From assembly GCA_965644295.1 (NCBI GenBank), contig CBFFRP010000191.1:1-64000 (forward strand): DNA of 64,000 nucleotides, in the 5' to 3' direction. The DNA is from Paraphysomonas bandaiensis. Its lineage: Eukaryota; Protista; Chrysophyceae. A model generated the notes under the pieces. That model did not search any database. It had not been told where the DNA came from and saw only the letters and a program-made list of their open reading frames with translations. Made by a program: the position numbers and the translations under genes. Position 1 is the first letter of the stretch, and each line of letters opens with the position of its first letter. Below, one piece after another: positions 23,667 through 35,698 of this stretch.

Positions 23667-26600
23667 GTAGACGGCAAAGAGGTGAATCGGCCACCTCCGG
23701 AGCCACCGCCTGTTAACATAGCCGATACGACTTCGGATTGTCCACGACCGGAGTCAATCCCTGTGGAATTATGGAATTTAGTGGATTTGTGTCAGCGAAA
23801 TTCAGTTCAACCACGATTTGACAAGTACACTCCTGACCGTCTTCAAGAGTGTATTGAACTGATTTTAACTAAGCTGGATATATATAAGGATGATGAAGCA
23901 GTCTCGTTGCAAGGGGAGATTTCTATCGACGCGGATACTATAGCTTCACATCATAATGAACGTGATTATTTTTTGGCTCAAGCTTTGGCCAATATTGATG
24001 TTTTCTGTTTTCCTGATCCCGATAACCCTCCACGGATTAAGGATTATAAAGTGAGTATTGAAACTACTGATGAAGTTCCGGTTCGGGCGCGACCTCGGAA
24101 ATATTCTTTATTGCAACAAGCATTTTTAGAGGCTAAAACTGGTATGATGCTTCGTCAGAAAAAGCTTCAACCCTCAAACAGTGATTGGAGCCATGGTTTA
24201 GTTCTGGTTCCTTATCATGACCGTATTCAGAAATTTTTAGATAAATGGGGAGACACGGCACATTTAGAAATCTTCAAAAAGGTTAATTGGCCTGAAGTGG
24301 CCACATTTTTTCGGATGTGTTCAGATGTCCGATCGCTCAATCAGAAAACTAAGGTAGATATTTTTCCACTTCCCAGGATTGATGACTTGCTAGATAGCAT
24401 TCCTGTGGGAACTGACCGGTTTTCAGCGGGCGATATTGCTGATGCATTTTTCTGTGTGGAGCTTGACGCTGATAGTCGATTTAAAACGGCATTCCGCACT
24501 CATAACGCTCATTTACAGTATACGGTGATGTTACAAGGCTGGGTCAATGCACCTTCACACTTTAGTAGAGTCATTGCCCAGACTTTTGAAGACATGGATC
24601 GGTTTCAAGTCTCTGCATACCTGGACGATGTGCTTAACCATACTGGGGGTTTTCGTGCACATTTCCTGACACAGCAGTCCATATACGATAGACTTCGAAA
24701 TCGTCATCTTACATTTAAAATTGAAAAGACTCATATTAATTATCGGGAGCTGCGGTTCCTTGGACATATTCTGTCCAGAAACGGCCGATGCCCTGATCCG
24801 AAGAAGGTTGAGGCGATTACAAATCTTGCAGACCCAGAGGACGTTACGGCTGTTCGATGTTTTTTAGGAAGTACTTCATTCTACCGTCAGTATATTCCTC
24901 AATACGCAGACGTTGCGTTGCCTCTGTATGACTTGACGAAGAAAAATGTCAACGTGAAGAAACTCTGGCGCCCAGAGATACACGGCCATGCCATGGAGAG
25001 GCTTAAAGAGGCGCTGCGGAAGGCTCCTGTGCTTCGTTACATTGATAATTCTAAACCGTTTGTCATTCACCTGGATGCTTCCAAGACAAAGCGTGGTATC
25101 GGTGGGGTTCTCATGCAGCATGATGACGCAGGGCAGCTCCATCCGGTGGAATATTTCAGTCGTAAGTTAACTCCTGCTGAACGAAATTACTCGGCCACGG
25201 ATTTGGAATGTAAGGCCCTCAGGGATGTTATTCTCCATTGGCATATTTATCTGAGTAGTGGTCGTAAATTTGAAGTCCACTCTGACCACAATTGCCTGAA
25301 ATATATGGTCCATTCAGTGACTGCAACACTTAATCCACGATTGCTGGGATACCTCATGGATCTTCAATCATATCGTTTTGCTTTACATTACAAAAAAGGG
25401 GTGGAAAATGTAGTTGCTGATATGTTAAGTCGCCTTTGGCAAATAGGGGATGTACCGCCAGCTACTAGGGAGGAGCTCTCCGATCATCTCGGGCCGGTGG
25501 TTGATAATGAGGATCCAGACCTCATCCGATCATGGGGGGCTGCAAAACGACAGTTGAGTAAATTGAAACGCCAAGCGGTTGTGGAGGCGCAAACTATTAA
25601 GAAAACTCATACTTGCTCTAGCAAATTTGAGGTTCAAATCTGTAATTGTGATGCGCTGGATTTGGATTTGTTGTCTTCTTTGACTAATGTCAAGAAAGGG
25701 GGAGTATTAGGGGAAAGTTCAGAATTAGAAAATTCTGAAGTTAGATTTAAAGTGGCTGGCTCTACATTAAAAAGAAGGAAGCAGCCGAGCATCGATGTAG
25801 AACAATATAGTTGCCAGGTTGAGAATCTACTTAAAGAATTGAATATTACGGAAGTTCAGGAAACTGGTGAGTCAAGGATGAAATTCAGCAATTCGGGACA
25901 GAATATACAACATGCAACTGCACACTCGAACCGAACTAGCTTTCATCCATCTCGAACAAACTATATGGATAATCCAGATGAGTCAGAAGATATGAAGTTA
26001 ATTCGAGAACGACGAATTTCTGGTTACAATCAATGTACTATTCTTCCATCGACAAAGCTAAAAGCAGGATGGGGACTTTTTGCCACCAAACAGATCTGTC
26101 CAAATGTTGAGATTTGTGATTATGTGGGTCCGGTTGTATCTGAAGGAGTGGATCAATTAAGCTCCAATTATGGGATGCAGATGATTGCTGGAGCACATCG
26201 TAAGATTGTTTTTGATGGATGGGAACCTGGTTCAAGCTTAGGTCGATATGCGAATGATGGGATATCCAAACAATTGATTAATGCGAAATTGATATGGAAA
26301 AAATCTAAAGGAGTTTTGATGGCTCTTAGAGAGATCTTGCCTGGGGATGAAATATTTTTTGACTATGGTAAAGAATTTTGGAGTACTAGAAGTGATCAAC
26401 TTAGTCCAGAAGATAATCAAATTCTGAATTTAGATGGATCTCGACGGAAGACTACCGTGTCTTTTAAAGATGAATTTGAGTTAATTGTGTACGATCAAAA
26501 ACGGAAAGTTCAGGAGAAACTATATTCCAAAATCTTTAAGTACAGCGATGAAGAAAATTCCAGAATCCAGGAACTTGTTGAGATGGAGGAACGAAATACT

Positions 26601-28247
26601 AGGAATTTCGAGAGAACTCTCCGATATCTAGAAACCGACGCTTTGGAGAAGTACTCTTATGAGAACCTAGTACAATGCCAATCACTTGCTGACGAATTGC
26701 AATATCTGGTAGGCAGAAAGTATATTGATGACGATAATTTCCAAAAATATGAGATTGCTTCAATACATTATGATGAAACGCATAAGTTAGTGGTTGGTCA
26801 TAGGAGGCCTTTGTCAGGGAAATTGGATAGATATGATACTCACCCATTCGCCGTATGTGGAGAATCTGGATTATGGGAGTTATCAGATCAATATTTATTA
26901 GATCATCCGGAAGTAGATCCGGAGATTAAGTGGCCTTCGAGTAGAGAGAGTATGTTTCAGATCCAAGAAAATGATACTCAACTGGGATTGATTATATCAC
27001 AGTTATCAAATTTTGAAACTGGCCATGAGTTAGAAGTGGATGGTCATGATTACAAGTTACATGAGAATGCAGATGAACCATCGCACAAGATACTATTGAG
27101 AAAACATGTTCAGAAAAACAAGGGATCGATAGATTGGCAAATTATGGTCCCTCAGGTGTTACGTTTTCAACTAATGAAGTATTTCCATGAAGGATATACG
27201 CATCCAGGAACACAACGAATGCTTGAAACTTTGAAATTGAGATATTTTTGGCCGTCAATACGCAAGGATGTACAGAAACATGTGGAGGAATGTATACCTT
27301 GTAAATTACGTAAGACCTATCAAACGCGACCAAAGATTCCAATAATGAAATACCCTGATGCAAAATTTCCTTTGTCACGAATACATATTGATTTAACAGG
27401 AAGATTGGTGAAAACCAAAAGTGGTTTCAGTTATATTCTAGTGGTAAAGGATTTCCTTACTAAATTTGTTTGGCTTATGCCTCTTAAGAACAAGACGCCT
27501 TTGGAAGTGGCTAATGCTTTGATTACTCATGTGTTTTGTCCATTTGGGTTACCAGAATTACTGGTGAGTGATAAAGGCACAGAGTTTGTCAATAAACTGA
27601 CCAAAGCAATATCCAAGTTATTCAAGTATAGAAGGATTAACACTACTCCTTATACTCCAAGGAGCCAGGGTTTAGTTAAGAATCACAACAAGACGTTGAA
27701 GGATCAGTTGTACCATTTTGTAGGTGTATTACAGGATGACTGGGATACATTTTTGCCTACAGTACAATTGATGTATAATACTACAGTGTCCTCGAGCACA
27801 AGTTTTACTCCATATTATATGATGTTCGGTAGAGAATGCCGTTTACCATCTATAGAGTTTACATTGTCCTCGAAACTTTCCGAGCTTCGATTACAACCTG
27901 GAACTATTGAAGCTGAATGGATAGATAATTTGTTGATTTCTTTGGAACAAGCTTGGAATTATGCAACGAAGAAAGCTCAAAAGAATCATCTCCGACATAA
28001 TATGGTATCTAGGCGACCTCGAGAGTTCAAAGAATATAATGCTGGTGATTTATTCTTCAGAATTCGACGTCCAATTAATGTGTTTAAATCGGCTGATGAT
28101 GAGGAGTTGTATAAAATCAATGCCAAATTACAAGCTAGATTTGAAGGACCTTATAAAGTTATTCGGCGACTAAGTCCAATACTTTATGATGCTGAAATTG
28201 AAGGAAAAGAGGTTCGAATAAATGCTACTAATATGAAGCCATTTTAG
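23667..28247 (+). CDS. pol: Pol: RT - RNase H - SET - unknown module - integrase (same frame as ORF1)
   Basis: RT (PLPRIDDLL, YLDD), RNase H (HLDAS, HSDH, ADMLSR), SET motifs, IN (HEGYTH..CIPC, IHIDL, VSDKGTEF) and GPY/F (RFEGPYKV). Confidence 0.93.
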   Translation, partial: VDGKEVNRPPPEPPPVNIADTTSDCPRPESIPVELWNLVDLCQRNSVQPRFDKYTPDRLQECIELILTKLDIYKDDEAVSLQGEISIDADTIASHHNERDYFLAQALANIDVFCFPDPDNPPRIKDYKVSIETTDEVPVRARPRKYSLLQQAFLEAKTGMMLRQKKLQPSNSDWSHGLVLVPYHDRIQKFLDKWGDTAHLEIFKKVNWPEVATFFRMCSDVRSLNQKTKVDIFPLPRIDDLLDSIPVGTDRFSAGDIADAFFCVELDADSRFKTAFRTHNAHLQYTVMLQGWVNAPSHFSRVIAQTFEDMDRFQVSAYLDDVLNHTGGFRAHFLTQQSIYDRLRNRHLTFKIEKTHINYRELRFLGHILSRNGRCPDPKKVEAITNLADPEDVTAVRCFLGSTSFYRQYIPQYADVALPLYDLTKKNVNVKKLWRPEIHGHAMERLKEALRKAPVLRYIDNSKPFVIHLDASKTKRGIGGVLMQHDDAGQLHPVEYFSRKLTPAERNYSATDLECKALRDVILHWHIYLSSGRKFEVHSDHNCLKYMVHSVTATLNPRLLGYLMDLQSYRFALHYKKGVENVVADMLSRLWQIGDVPPATREELSDHLGPVVDNEDPDLIRSWGAAKRQLSKLKRQAVVEAQTIKKTHTCSSKFEVQICNCDALDLDLLSSLTNVKKGGVLGESSELENSEVRFKVAGSTLKRRKQPSIDVEQYSCQVENLLKELNITEVQETGESRMKFSNSGQNIQHATAHSNRTSFHPSRTNYMDNPDESEDMKLIRERRISGYNQCTILPSTKLKAGWGLFATKQICPNVEICDYVGPVVSEGVDQLSSNYGMQMIAGAHRKIVFDGWEPGSSLGRYANDGISKQLINAKLIWKKSKGVLMALREILPGDEIFFDYGKEFWSTRSDQLSPEDNQILNLDGSRRKTTVSFKDEFELIVYDQKRKVQEKLYSKIFKYSDEENSRIQELVEMEERNTRNFERTLRYLETDALEKYSYENLVQCQSLADELQYLVGRKYIDDDNFQKYEIASIHYDETHKLVVGHRRPLSGKLDRYDTHPFAVCGESGLWELSDQYLLDHPEVDPEIKWPSSRESMFQIQENDTQLGLIISQLSNFETGHELEVDGHDYKLHENADEPSHKILLRKHVQKNKGSIDWQIMVPQVLRFQLMKYFHEGYTHPGTQRMLETLKLRYFWPSIRKDVQKHVEECIPCKLRKTYQTRPKIPIMKYPDAKFPLSRIHIDLTGRLVKTKSGFSYILVVKDFLTKFVWLMPLKNKTPLEVANALITHVFCPFGLPELLVSDKGTEFVNKLTKAISKLFKYRRINTTPYTPRSQGLVKNHNKTLKDQLYHFVGVLQDDWDTFLPTVQLMYNTTVSSSTSFTPYYMMFGRECRLPSIEFTLSSKLSELRLQPGTIEAEWIDNLLISLEQAWNYATKKAQKNHLRHNMVSRRPREFKEYNAGDLFFRIRRPINVFKSADDEELYKINAKLQARFEGPYKVIRRLSPILYDAEIEGKEVRINATNMKPF
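26031..26381 (+). other. SET (protein-lysine methyltransferase) domain within pol
   Basis: AGWGLFATKQI...EICDYVG...LGRYAND...ALREILPGDEIFFDYGKEFW corresponds to SET motifs GxG, YxG, RFINH-like and ELxxDY. Confidence 0.88.
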
Positions 28248-28302
28248 GTTCGCAGTGAACTTCGTTCCGCATACTGGCGTATGCGACTGCTGGAGGGGGT
28301 AG

Positions 28303-29184
28303 TGTAATAACCAGCTATCAGGTTATTCTATTCTACAAGCTCTCTATTGTATATGCTTAAGTTTGTACATACCATCTGTGCAAACATAGATTGAATAATA
28401 TTATTATTATTATTACCATAACTCACACTGAGATATATGATATATTATGACTATGACAATTCATGCTTATCATTGATATTTACATAATCATTCAAAAGAC
28501 AAAGAAAGACATGATTATCAATAATGAGACATAATGATGATACTGATGATGGATGATATATATATATGTTCTTATTATATATATATATTGACTTTAAGGC
28601 TGGAGAAGTTTACTGGAGAATTCCGGGTTTGATATCCATGCTGATAGATGTGTATTGCCAGATTATCCAGTAATACAGTTATACATTACGTATTTCCTTC
28701 AGTGCTTATTGGGGATTGATTGTACTTAGGAGTACGAATACCAGGCTTCAACTACAATGAGAATACTGAATGTATCTTCCCTTATACAGTTGTAATGAGT
28801 TATTATGATCAACTGTGTTAGACTGATGTGTTTGGTATTGAATATGAATGATGTTCATTCCATTGATCACGGAATCGTAGGTAGACATATTTATATTATT
28901 GATAATAAGATGCAATTTCCTTACTCTTGAAATTGCTGGTAGATAGCATTGTAGTTGTAGACACATATTTGTTCATTGTGATTTGATTATATTGTTATTA
29001 TTATGGAGGAGGAGACTCTTGATAGCGCACAAGAGTCTACTAAATTCGAGTCAGTGAGAAGGACCCTCAGGCTTATGCTTGGAGGGTTAGACCCTTCCAT
29101 TGCCAATGCCAGTGAGGATCAAATCCGGGATATAGGCTTGGCATTTGGGTTGTCCGAGATCGAATCAGAGACGTTGGTGTCTCA
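28303..29184 (+). repeat. 3' LTR of the SET-gypsy element
   Basis: Directly follows PPT GGAGGGGGTAG; copy of 18896-19777. Confidence 0.95.
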
Positions 29185-29569
29185 ATATATTTTACATTAT
29201 ATTGTTCCCTAACCCTGACTGAAAGTATGTTCTTTGCATATGAGTTCGCTTCCCCTGTTTACATCAAACTCTATTCACTTGCACAATGTATATCCCATCA
29301 GACGGAAGAGCTCAGCACATACATGTCCTTGGTGCTATTTACAAAATGAGAGTTTGCATGATAAACTCATAATAAAAGTTAATTTCATTTGGATAGTTTT
29401 GCCTCAAGAAAAAATCACCGAAATATAAAAACCAATTATTACTGCATATACACTTACTACAGCTGTTTGTTTTTTGTAGTTGCCTTCTAGGTGCCTTCAC
29501 CCACATAGCACTTCTAAATCATGTCCAATAACAGTGATTGAACAAGCACCAATGTATAAAGAAACTCCA

Positions 29570-32500
29570 CTACTCTACAGTGGCGTTTGTACAATATTGT
29601 TGATATAATAGACCATCTGCGAAGCATTGGTGAGCATGCACGTCCGGCCCCGCAATATCAAGCTCTTTAAGTGCTCGTATTAAAGGTAGAAGAAAAGCTG
29701 AGTTTCTTTCTAGGTCATCAGCATTTGCAGATACTTTAGTACTCTCTTCCTCTCTGACATGACTACCTGCTGGCACTTCTTCAGGTGGAGTGGCGTTGTC
29801 AACAACATCGTCAGCATCTGCCCCTTCTATATTTACCACATCCTCTACATTTTCCTCCTTACTATTCATAACGTCACCGTCACAAGCATGTTCAGATTGT
29901 TCTTGTATCCCAAGCTCATTGCAAATTTTTATGTTTTCTCTCTCCAATTTCATTAGAAGGGAATCGGTTTCTCCTTTGCAGAGTAACAGCCGCTCTATGA
30001 CATCAGCCTTATTGGCAGAAAGCAATAAATTTAACACCGTGGTATCTTCTTGTAGCAACGCAGCTTCAACACATGTATCTCCATTATTGTCTTCGATCAA
30101 TATATTTAACTCTTCTGCACATTCAACGAAAACATTAACAGTATCGACATCGTTGCCATCAATGGCAAGGTGAAGAGCTGTTTTCCCCGATATGTCGTCC
30201 GTAACATTCGGGTCAACTTGAGGTATTGATAACGCTCGACGCATATAAGCAATATTTTTTGCTGACACTGCTCTGTGGAGTGGCCGATCAGGATATATCT
30301 TGACGGAGGCATTCAACAGCGAGCCATGAACTGGAGTTTTGGATGCTCGACTGACTACACCTTGCACAATATCATCAGACACATTTGATAATCCCGCAAC
30401 GTAATGTGCGTACGGAAATTTATATATTGTGACACCTTTCTCCCATATAATATCAACTAATTTAGCATAATTGCTAACAATCGCAACATGAAGAATTGTA
30501 AATATCTTCGGAAGGTCCAACTTCAGTATTGCTACCTCACAAGTATAATCACAACTAAAACTTTCATCTGCAAAACACTTTCGGAAACAGGGTAACACCA
30601 ATTCAAATATCGAGTCCAACGAAACGTCCTTATTTCTGGAAGCACTAGCAAAAAAAAGAGCAGTTGCAACAGCAGGATTTATCTTTTCATTGCAATCTAC
30701 ATTCCGAATCAAATCATAAAAGTCCCCATCGTACATGTCACATAAAAATTTAAAAAACTCAAATCTCCTCTCTGGAGTAGAGGTAGGAATCTCAGTGAGA
30801 CACCTATGCTGTGGTGCCGTGTCTAGTACATCACCACATAGACATAATGTAGCAGGACTGATCCCATCATCGGACCGCAGCATGAGGATATCAGCCAACG
30901 TCATTCGGATATATTTTACGGAAGACGGACAAAGTGCATTTGCCATTGCATTATCCAAGACCCGCCGCGCATCAATATCGTACTTTTCTTCCCTGGTTTT
31001 ACCTGTCCGCACATCGGAATATTCCATTCGTTGTTTCGGTCTGCGCACAGAGTGGTCAACAAGCGACTGACCAACTTCAACACAGTTTTCAGGACAAGTT
31101 GCAGCGAGGTAATGCAATGGACTGAATCCCTTGTTGTCTAATGCATTAGCCACAGCGCCAAGCTTCAAAGCTGACATGACAGCCATTTTATCACCCAACC
31201 CAGCCAATACATGCAAAGCGGTAACACCATTTTTATTCGGGGAATTAATAGGCGCCCCAGCTGCAACTAAGCGCTCAATAGTTTCCACCGGAGTTCTTCC
31301 TTCTTTCGCCTGGACATTGCTCTTTATGGTAGCAACAACACCACCAATGGAATATACGATGCACCCCAATCCGATAGAATAGTGTAACGGATAGTTTCCA
31401 CATTCAGAATCACTAACATTCAAATCCACACCAGCAGCAATCAAACTCTGAATAAAGAATTCTCCACCAGAGAGATCTATCCTGTCCGTGTGATTTTCAG
31501 CATTACACATTTGAAACATGAACGATCTATCTTCAGGACTCAGTGAAAAGAAAGCGTATTTGATAGATGGGTTTCCTTCCATATCTAGCTGGTCAATATA
31601 TACACCGGCAGCTACAAGCGCAGCTGCAACTTCTTCATTTCCAAGTATAAGACAATGGTCTAACGGTGTGACGCCCATGCTATCCCCTCTATTAATATCA
31701 GCACCAACCGCGATCAACGCAATGGCCAGTGCCGTATGCCCTCCTTGAATACACGCCGTTAGTGGCTGCGCACGCAGCGCTTTCGAATGCAAATCATCAC
31801 AAGATGTGTTTATAAATGCAGACCACGTTGATGTATCTGGACCATGATTAGGGTCACTATGCGTCAAGTCTGGTTCAAATGGCAATGACAATTCGTCTTC
31901 AACTCCCTTCTTTTTCCCGTCTTTTCCTTTATCTTTTCCACCAGATGTGGGTTTCTTGGCTTTCAATTTTTGTGTTTCATCAGGTATGTCAACATTTTTC
32001 TGCTTTGCTATGTCATTCCAATATTTTTCTCGTACCATTCCTCTGTTGAATATGTACATCAAGACATCTTGGCCCCACTGTACATCTCCAAGTGGACCAA
32101 ATCGCCCCATACTACCTCCGATAATAACAGCACCTCCAAGACTTAAAACACATGCACTAAATATATCAACAACTGCGGGCTGAATCACGTCTGATACTGT
32201 TGGTACCCTACTCAAACCTGATACTGCAGAAAGCGCAATTGTCATAGTTGGCTTACGGGTGGTTGGGTTTGCAAGAACTCCAAGAATTGCACCAGCAACT
32301 GCTATAAAAGGCCAATACTCTTTCATATAGAGAATTTTATATGCATTTGTCACTGTTTTGCCATGTAATTTATCCAGGTTACATAGAGTCGGAAAATCCC
32401 ATGAAAAAGGCGCATCAATGGCTTCAGGTGATATGCTATCATTATCAATTGGTTGCAGCGGAAGGACCTTGTGCGACAAAAAATCCTTCATGTGAATCAT

Positions 32501-35245
32501 TGCAGGAACAAAAGATTTATCAGCACTATCATCGTTAGCGAACCCATACTGCGCAATTGCCTTGTAAAATATATCCAATCCTCGTACACCAGCACTGGCC
32601 ATTGAAGCCAAAAGCCGAAGCGCAGCGTTGCAAACTGGTTCAGATAGATTATGTGACAGAGGACACGCAAGAATGTTGTCGTCTTCTAATTTCAGTGATG
32701 AACAACAGGATACTGTGGCAACGCAAGGGTTTGCACACAATCTTATCACACGGGCTGCCTCATCAGCACATGAACAGGAAGAACTCGGAAAAGGTGTGAG
32801 TGGTTGCTGTGGAAGCTCTCCATCCCCATAGTCTCTATATTTCGCATCAGAGGCAGCAACAACAGCTAAAATATCGAAAGAAATTTCTCGAAGTATAATC
32901 TTATCAACTGGTTCAGCTTCTTGCTCCATGGACCAGCTGAAATCCCGAGGATCCTGAATTGTCACGTGAAACTCCGTCATTGATGCCTCATTCTCGTCAA
33001 GATATTTTCCGCAGACAGGACCACATCGATATAATAACCCAGCAAATGCGGTCACTTGATCTTCTGTAGCAAACACAGAAATGTAGCTTGGAGATACATC
33101 GAGAAGATACTCAATACAACACAATATATGACACAGAGAATCACATGGTTGCAGTGGATCCATTTTAAGAATTAGCGAGTCAGATGGCTCGTCGATTACT
33201 TCAGGTGCCGATAATCCCTCAAGCTCAGAATCTTTTACTTCTTCCGCGCCCTCTAGTGGTTCACAATTTTCTACGGGATCTATCGTGGACAGCTCTTCCC
33301 GGATTTCAGCTTTCGTCACAAATTCCTTAGTTGCAGATAATACAGAACTGTCAACGCAGTTCGCAGCCGCAACAGCACGCTTCACGCTAACAAGTGAAAG
33401 GTTCGCCAACGCTGTACTATCCACTTGCTGAGATTGGAGAAACGAAACAATATCTTCATCAGCACAGCTTTGCATAATGATATTTAACAATCGGGCTCCA
33501 CGATTACTCAGATCTACATCTGCGTGTTTGATGAAGTCTACAATGAGAGAAATGTTGGTAGCTTGGGTTGCTTCATTAGAAACTTCTAGATTCGACGCTA
33601 AGGCACGCAAATCTAGCTTGTAATTCTTGTACGACTGACATCGCATTGAACACCTTGATTCAAGTCTATCACTACAGATTTTCGGACTGGATATATTTTC
33701 CCCACTTTGTGTGTTTCCATCGCTCCCTTCTATGTCAGTATCACAAACAACTCTGTCGGTCAGAAGATGCAGCAGCGCTTTTTCAATAACGTGACGAAGC
33801 GCGTACAGTACCTCTAATTTTTCTGGAGGTATGATTATATCACCACGAGGAGAATCTTCTTTACCTTTCTTCGTAGGTGGTTCAGGTTTCTCTATACCGG
33901 CAACAAGTGTCGAGTTTGACATAAGATTGAGTAAAAATCGCACTGCTCCTTTTTCTGCAGCACAGATACGAATATCTTCCGATATTAAACCATAGCATCC
34001 CATCAACATGCTGACATCACGTATAAAATTCGAAACATCTGGATCAGGACGAGAAGGCTGGACATCTTCACATGCAGCCCATACATGTGGGTTTTGAGCA
34101 ACAGCGATAACTGCTTCCATCACACGACTCACAGAATCCGTTGACACAGAAGCTTTCGCATTCTGTGCCAGCGCAACACATATCATAACAGCAGTTCGTA
34201 CGAGAGAAATATCTCTATAGGCATTGCTGCGTGGACTATTCACCTGTTCCTGTGCCTTAACAGAGCCTTTGGTATCCTTGCCCTTACCAGTAGGCGCCTT
34301 TCCTTGGATAGGGTCGGAGACAATTCTTTCTGAAGCCTCTTCCAAGACTGACAACACTAGCTCAATGTATTCCTGAGTCGAAATTATTTGAAGACCGGCA
34401 GGCTGTGTGGATAAATACTCAAACAACAGCATGCAGTGTAAACTTAATCGCTCTTCTCGACATAACTTCTGAGCCAATTCCAAAACTCCATCAACCGAAA
34501 GAAACACGGAAATTGAATCGCTACCATATCTTAATACAACCAACAATATCTGCATTACCCATACACATGCGTCGATGATTCTTTCTTTTGTTTCTTCGTT
34601 GTCGAGTCGAGCAGACAAGTACTTCAGTGCTCTACACGAGGTTAATACAATATCTGGAATAGAAGCAAAGGCTGTTGCAATATCATGATTTCTTGGCTCC
34701 ATATTATACACAGCATACGCAAAGAGTGACATGCCTTGTATTGCATAAAATCGAAGAGATTCACCTAAAATCTCCTCTGGGGTTGGCTCGGAATTCTTCT
34801 TTTTCTTTTTCTTGACTTCCTCTTCGTACATCATTATTTCAGACAAGTTCTGAAGGACATTAAGAGACCCTGATGATGAAAATAGAGCCTCTGTCCCATG
34901 TAGGCACAATTTTAATCCGGTAGAATCTTTCTTGTTCAGGAATGTCAACAGAGATTCAAGAGTAAGTTTACATAACTGCAGGGTTTTCTATCATAACAAA
35001 TAAATAAATTATGGAATGTACATCCGCACCATTATATATACCTTCTTAGGAACCAATGACTCGAGTAAAGGGGTAAGGCAACCGCCTTCGAGTAGATACC
35101 TTTCATCTTTTATTTTCTCCAACGCATGATTCTTTTTTGCTGGGTCTTTCGTTTTAACCTCCTTAGCAGTCGTCTTGAACTCTTTTGCGCGCTGCTTCGC
35201 AGTTAGAGCGTCTAAATCCACGATAGCAGTATCCCCACTATCCAT
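29570..35245 (-). CDS. Large ARM-like / ankyrin-repeat protein (~1870 aa; exons 35245-35042 and 34987-29570)
   Basis: Ankyrin motifs (GVTPLDHC, GNYPLHYS, GVTALHVLA, GFSPLHYLA, GKTALHLAI) in the C-terminal half and helical ARM-like repeats N-terminally. A phase-0 54-nt GT-AG intron joins the two ORFs in frame. Confidence 0.85.
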
Positions 35246-35408
35246 TTTAATCACTTATCTTATACTATATTTGGCATGCCAGTGCTCCCTGTATATAGAT
35301 AGGGATTGCAGTGATGTGTGTACATATATATTCGGATGGATATATACACGACTCAGTCTGCAAAAAATGAAACGGACGGTCACACACACATTCCTACATA
35401 TCCAGATG

Positions 35409-35698
35409 TACATACATACATACATACATACATACATACATACATACATACATACATACATACATACATACATACATACATACATACATACATACATACA
35501 TACATACATACATACATACATACATACATACATACATACATACATACATACATACATACATACATACATACATACATACATACATACATACATACATACA
35601 TACATACATACATACATACATACATACATACATACATACATACATACATACATACATACATACATACATACATACATACATACATACATACATACATA
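35409..35698. repeat. (TACA)n microsatellite, left part
   Basis: Perfect tetranucleotide array. Confidence 0.98.

Larger units (their letters stand above)
18896..29184 (+). mobile_element. Full-length Ty3/gypsy LTR retrotransposon carrying a SET domain
   Basis: 882-bp TG...CA direct repeats, 4-bp TSD ATAT (18892-18895, 29185-29188), PPT at 28292-28302, and domain order gag-PR / RT-RH-SET-IN. Confidence 0.95.

Noticed and set aside
29003-29212. 69-aa ORF identical to the Gag N-terminus
   Set aside because: It is the gag start duplicated in the 3' LTR and stops shortly into flanking DNA.
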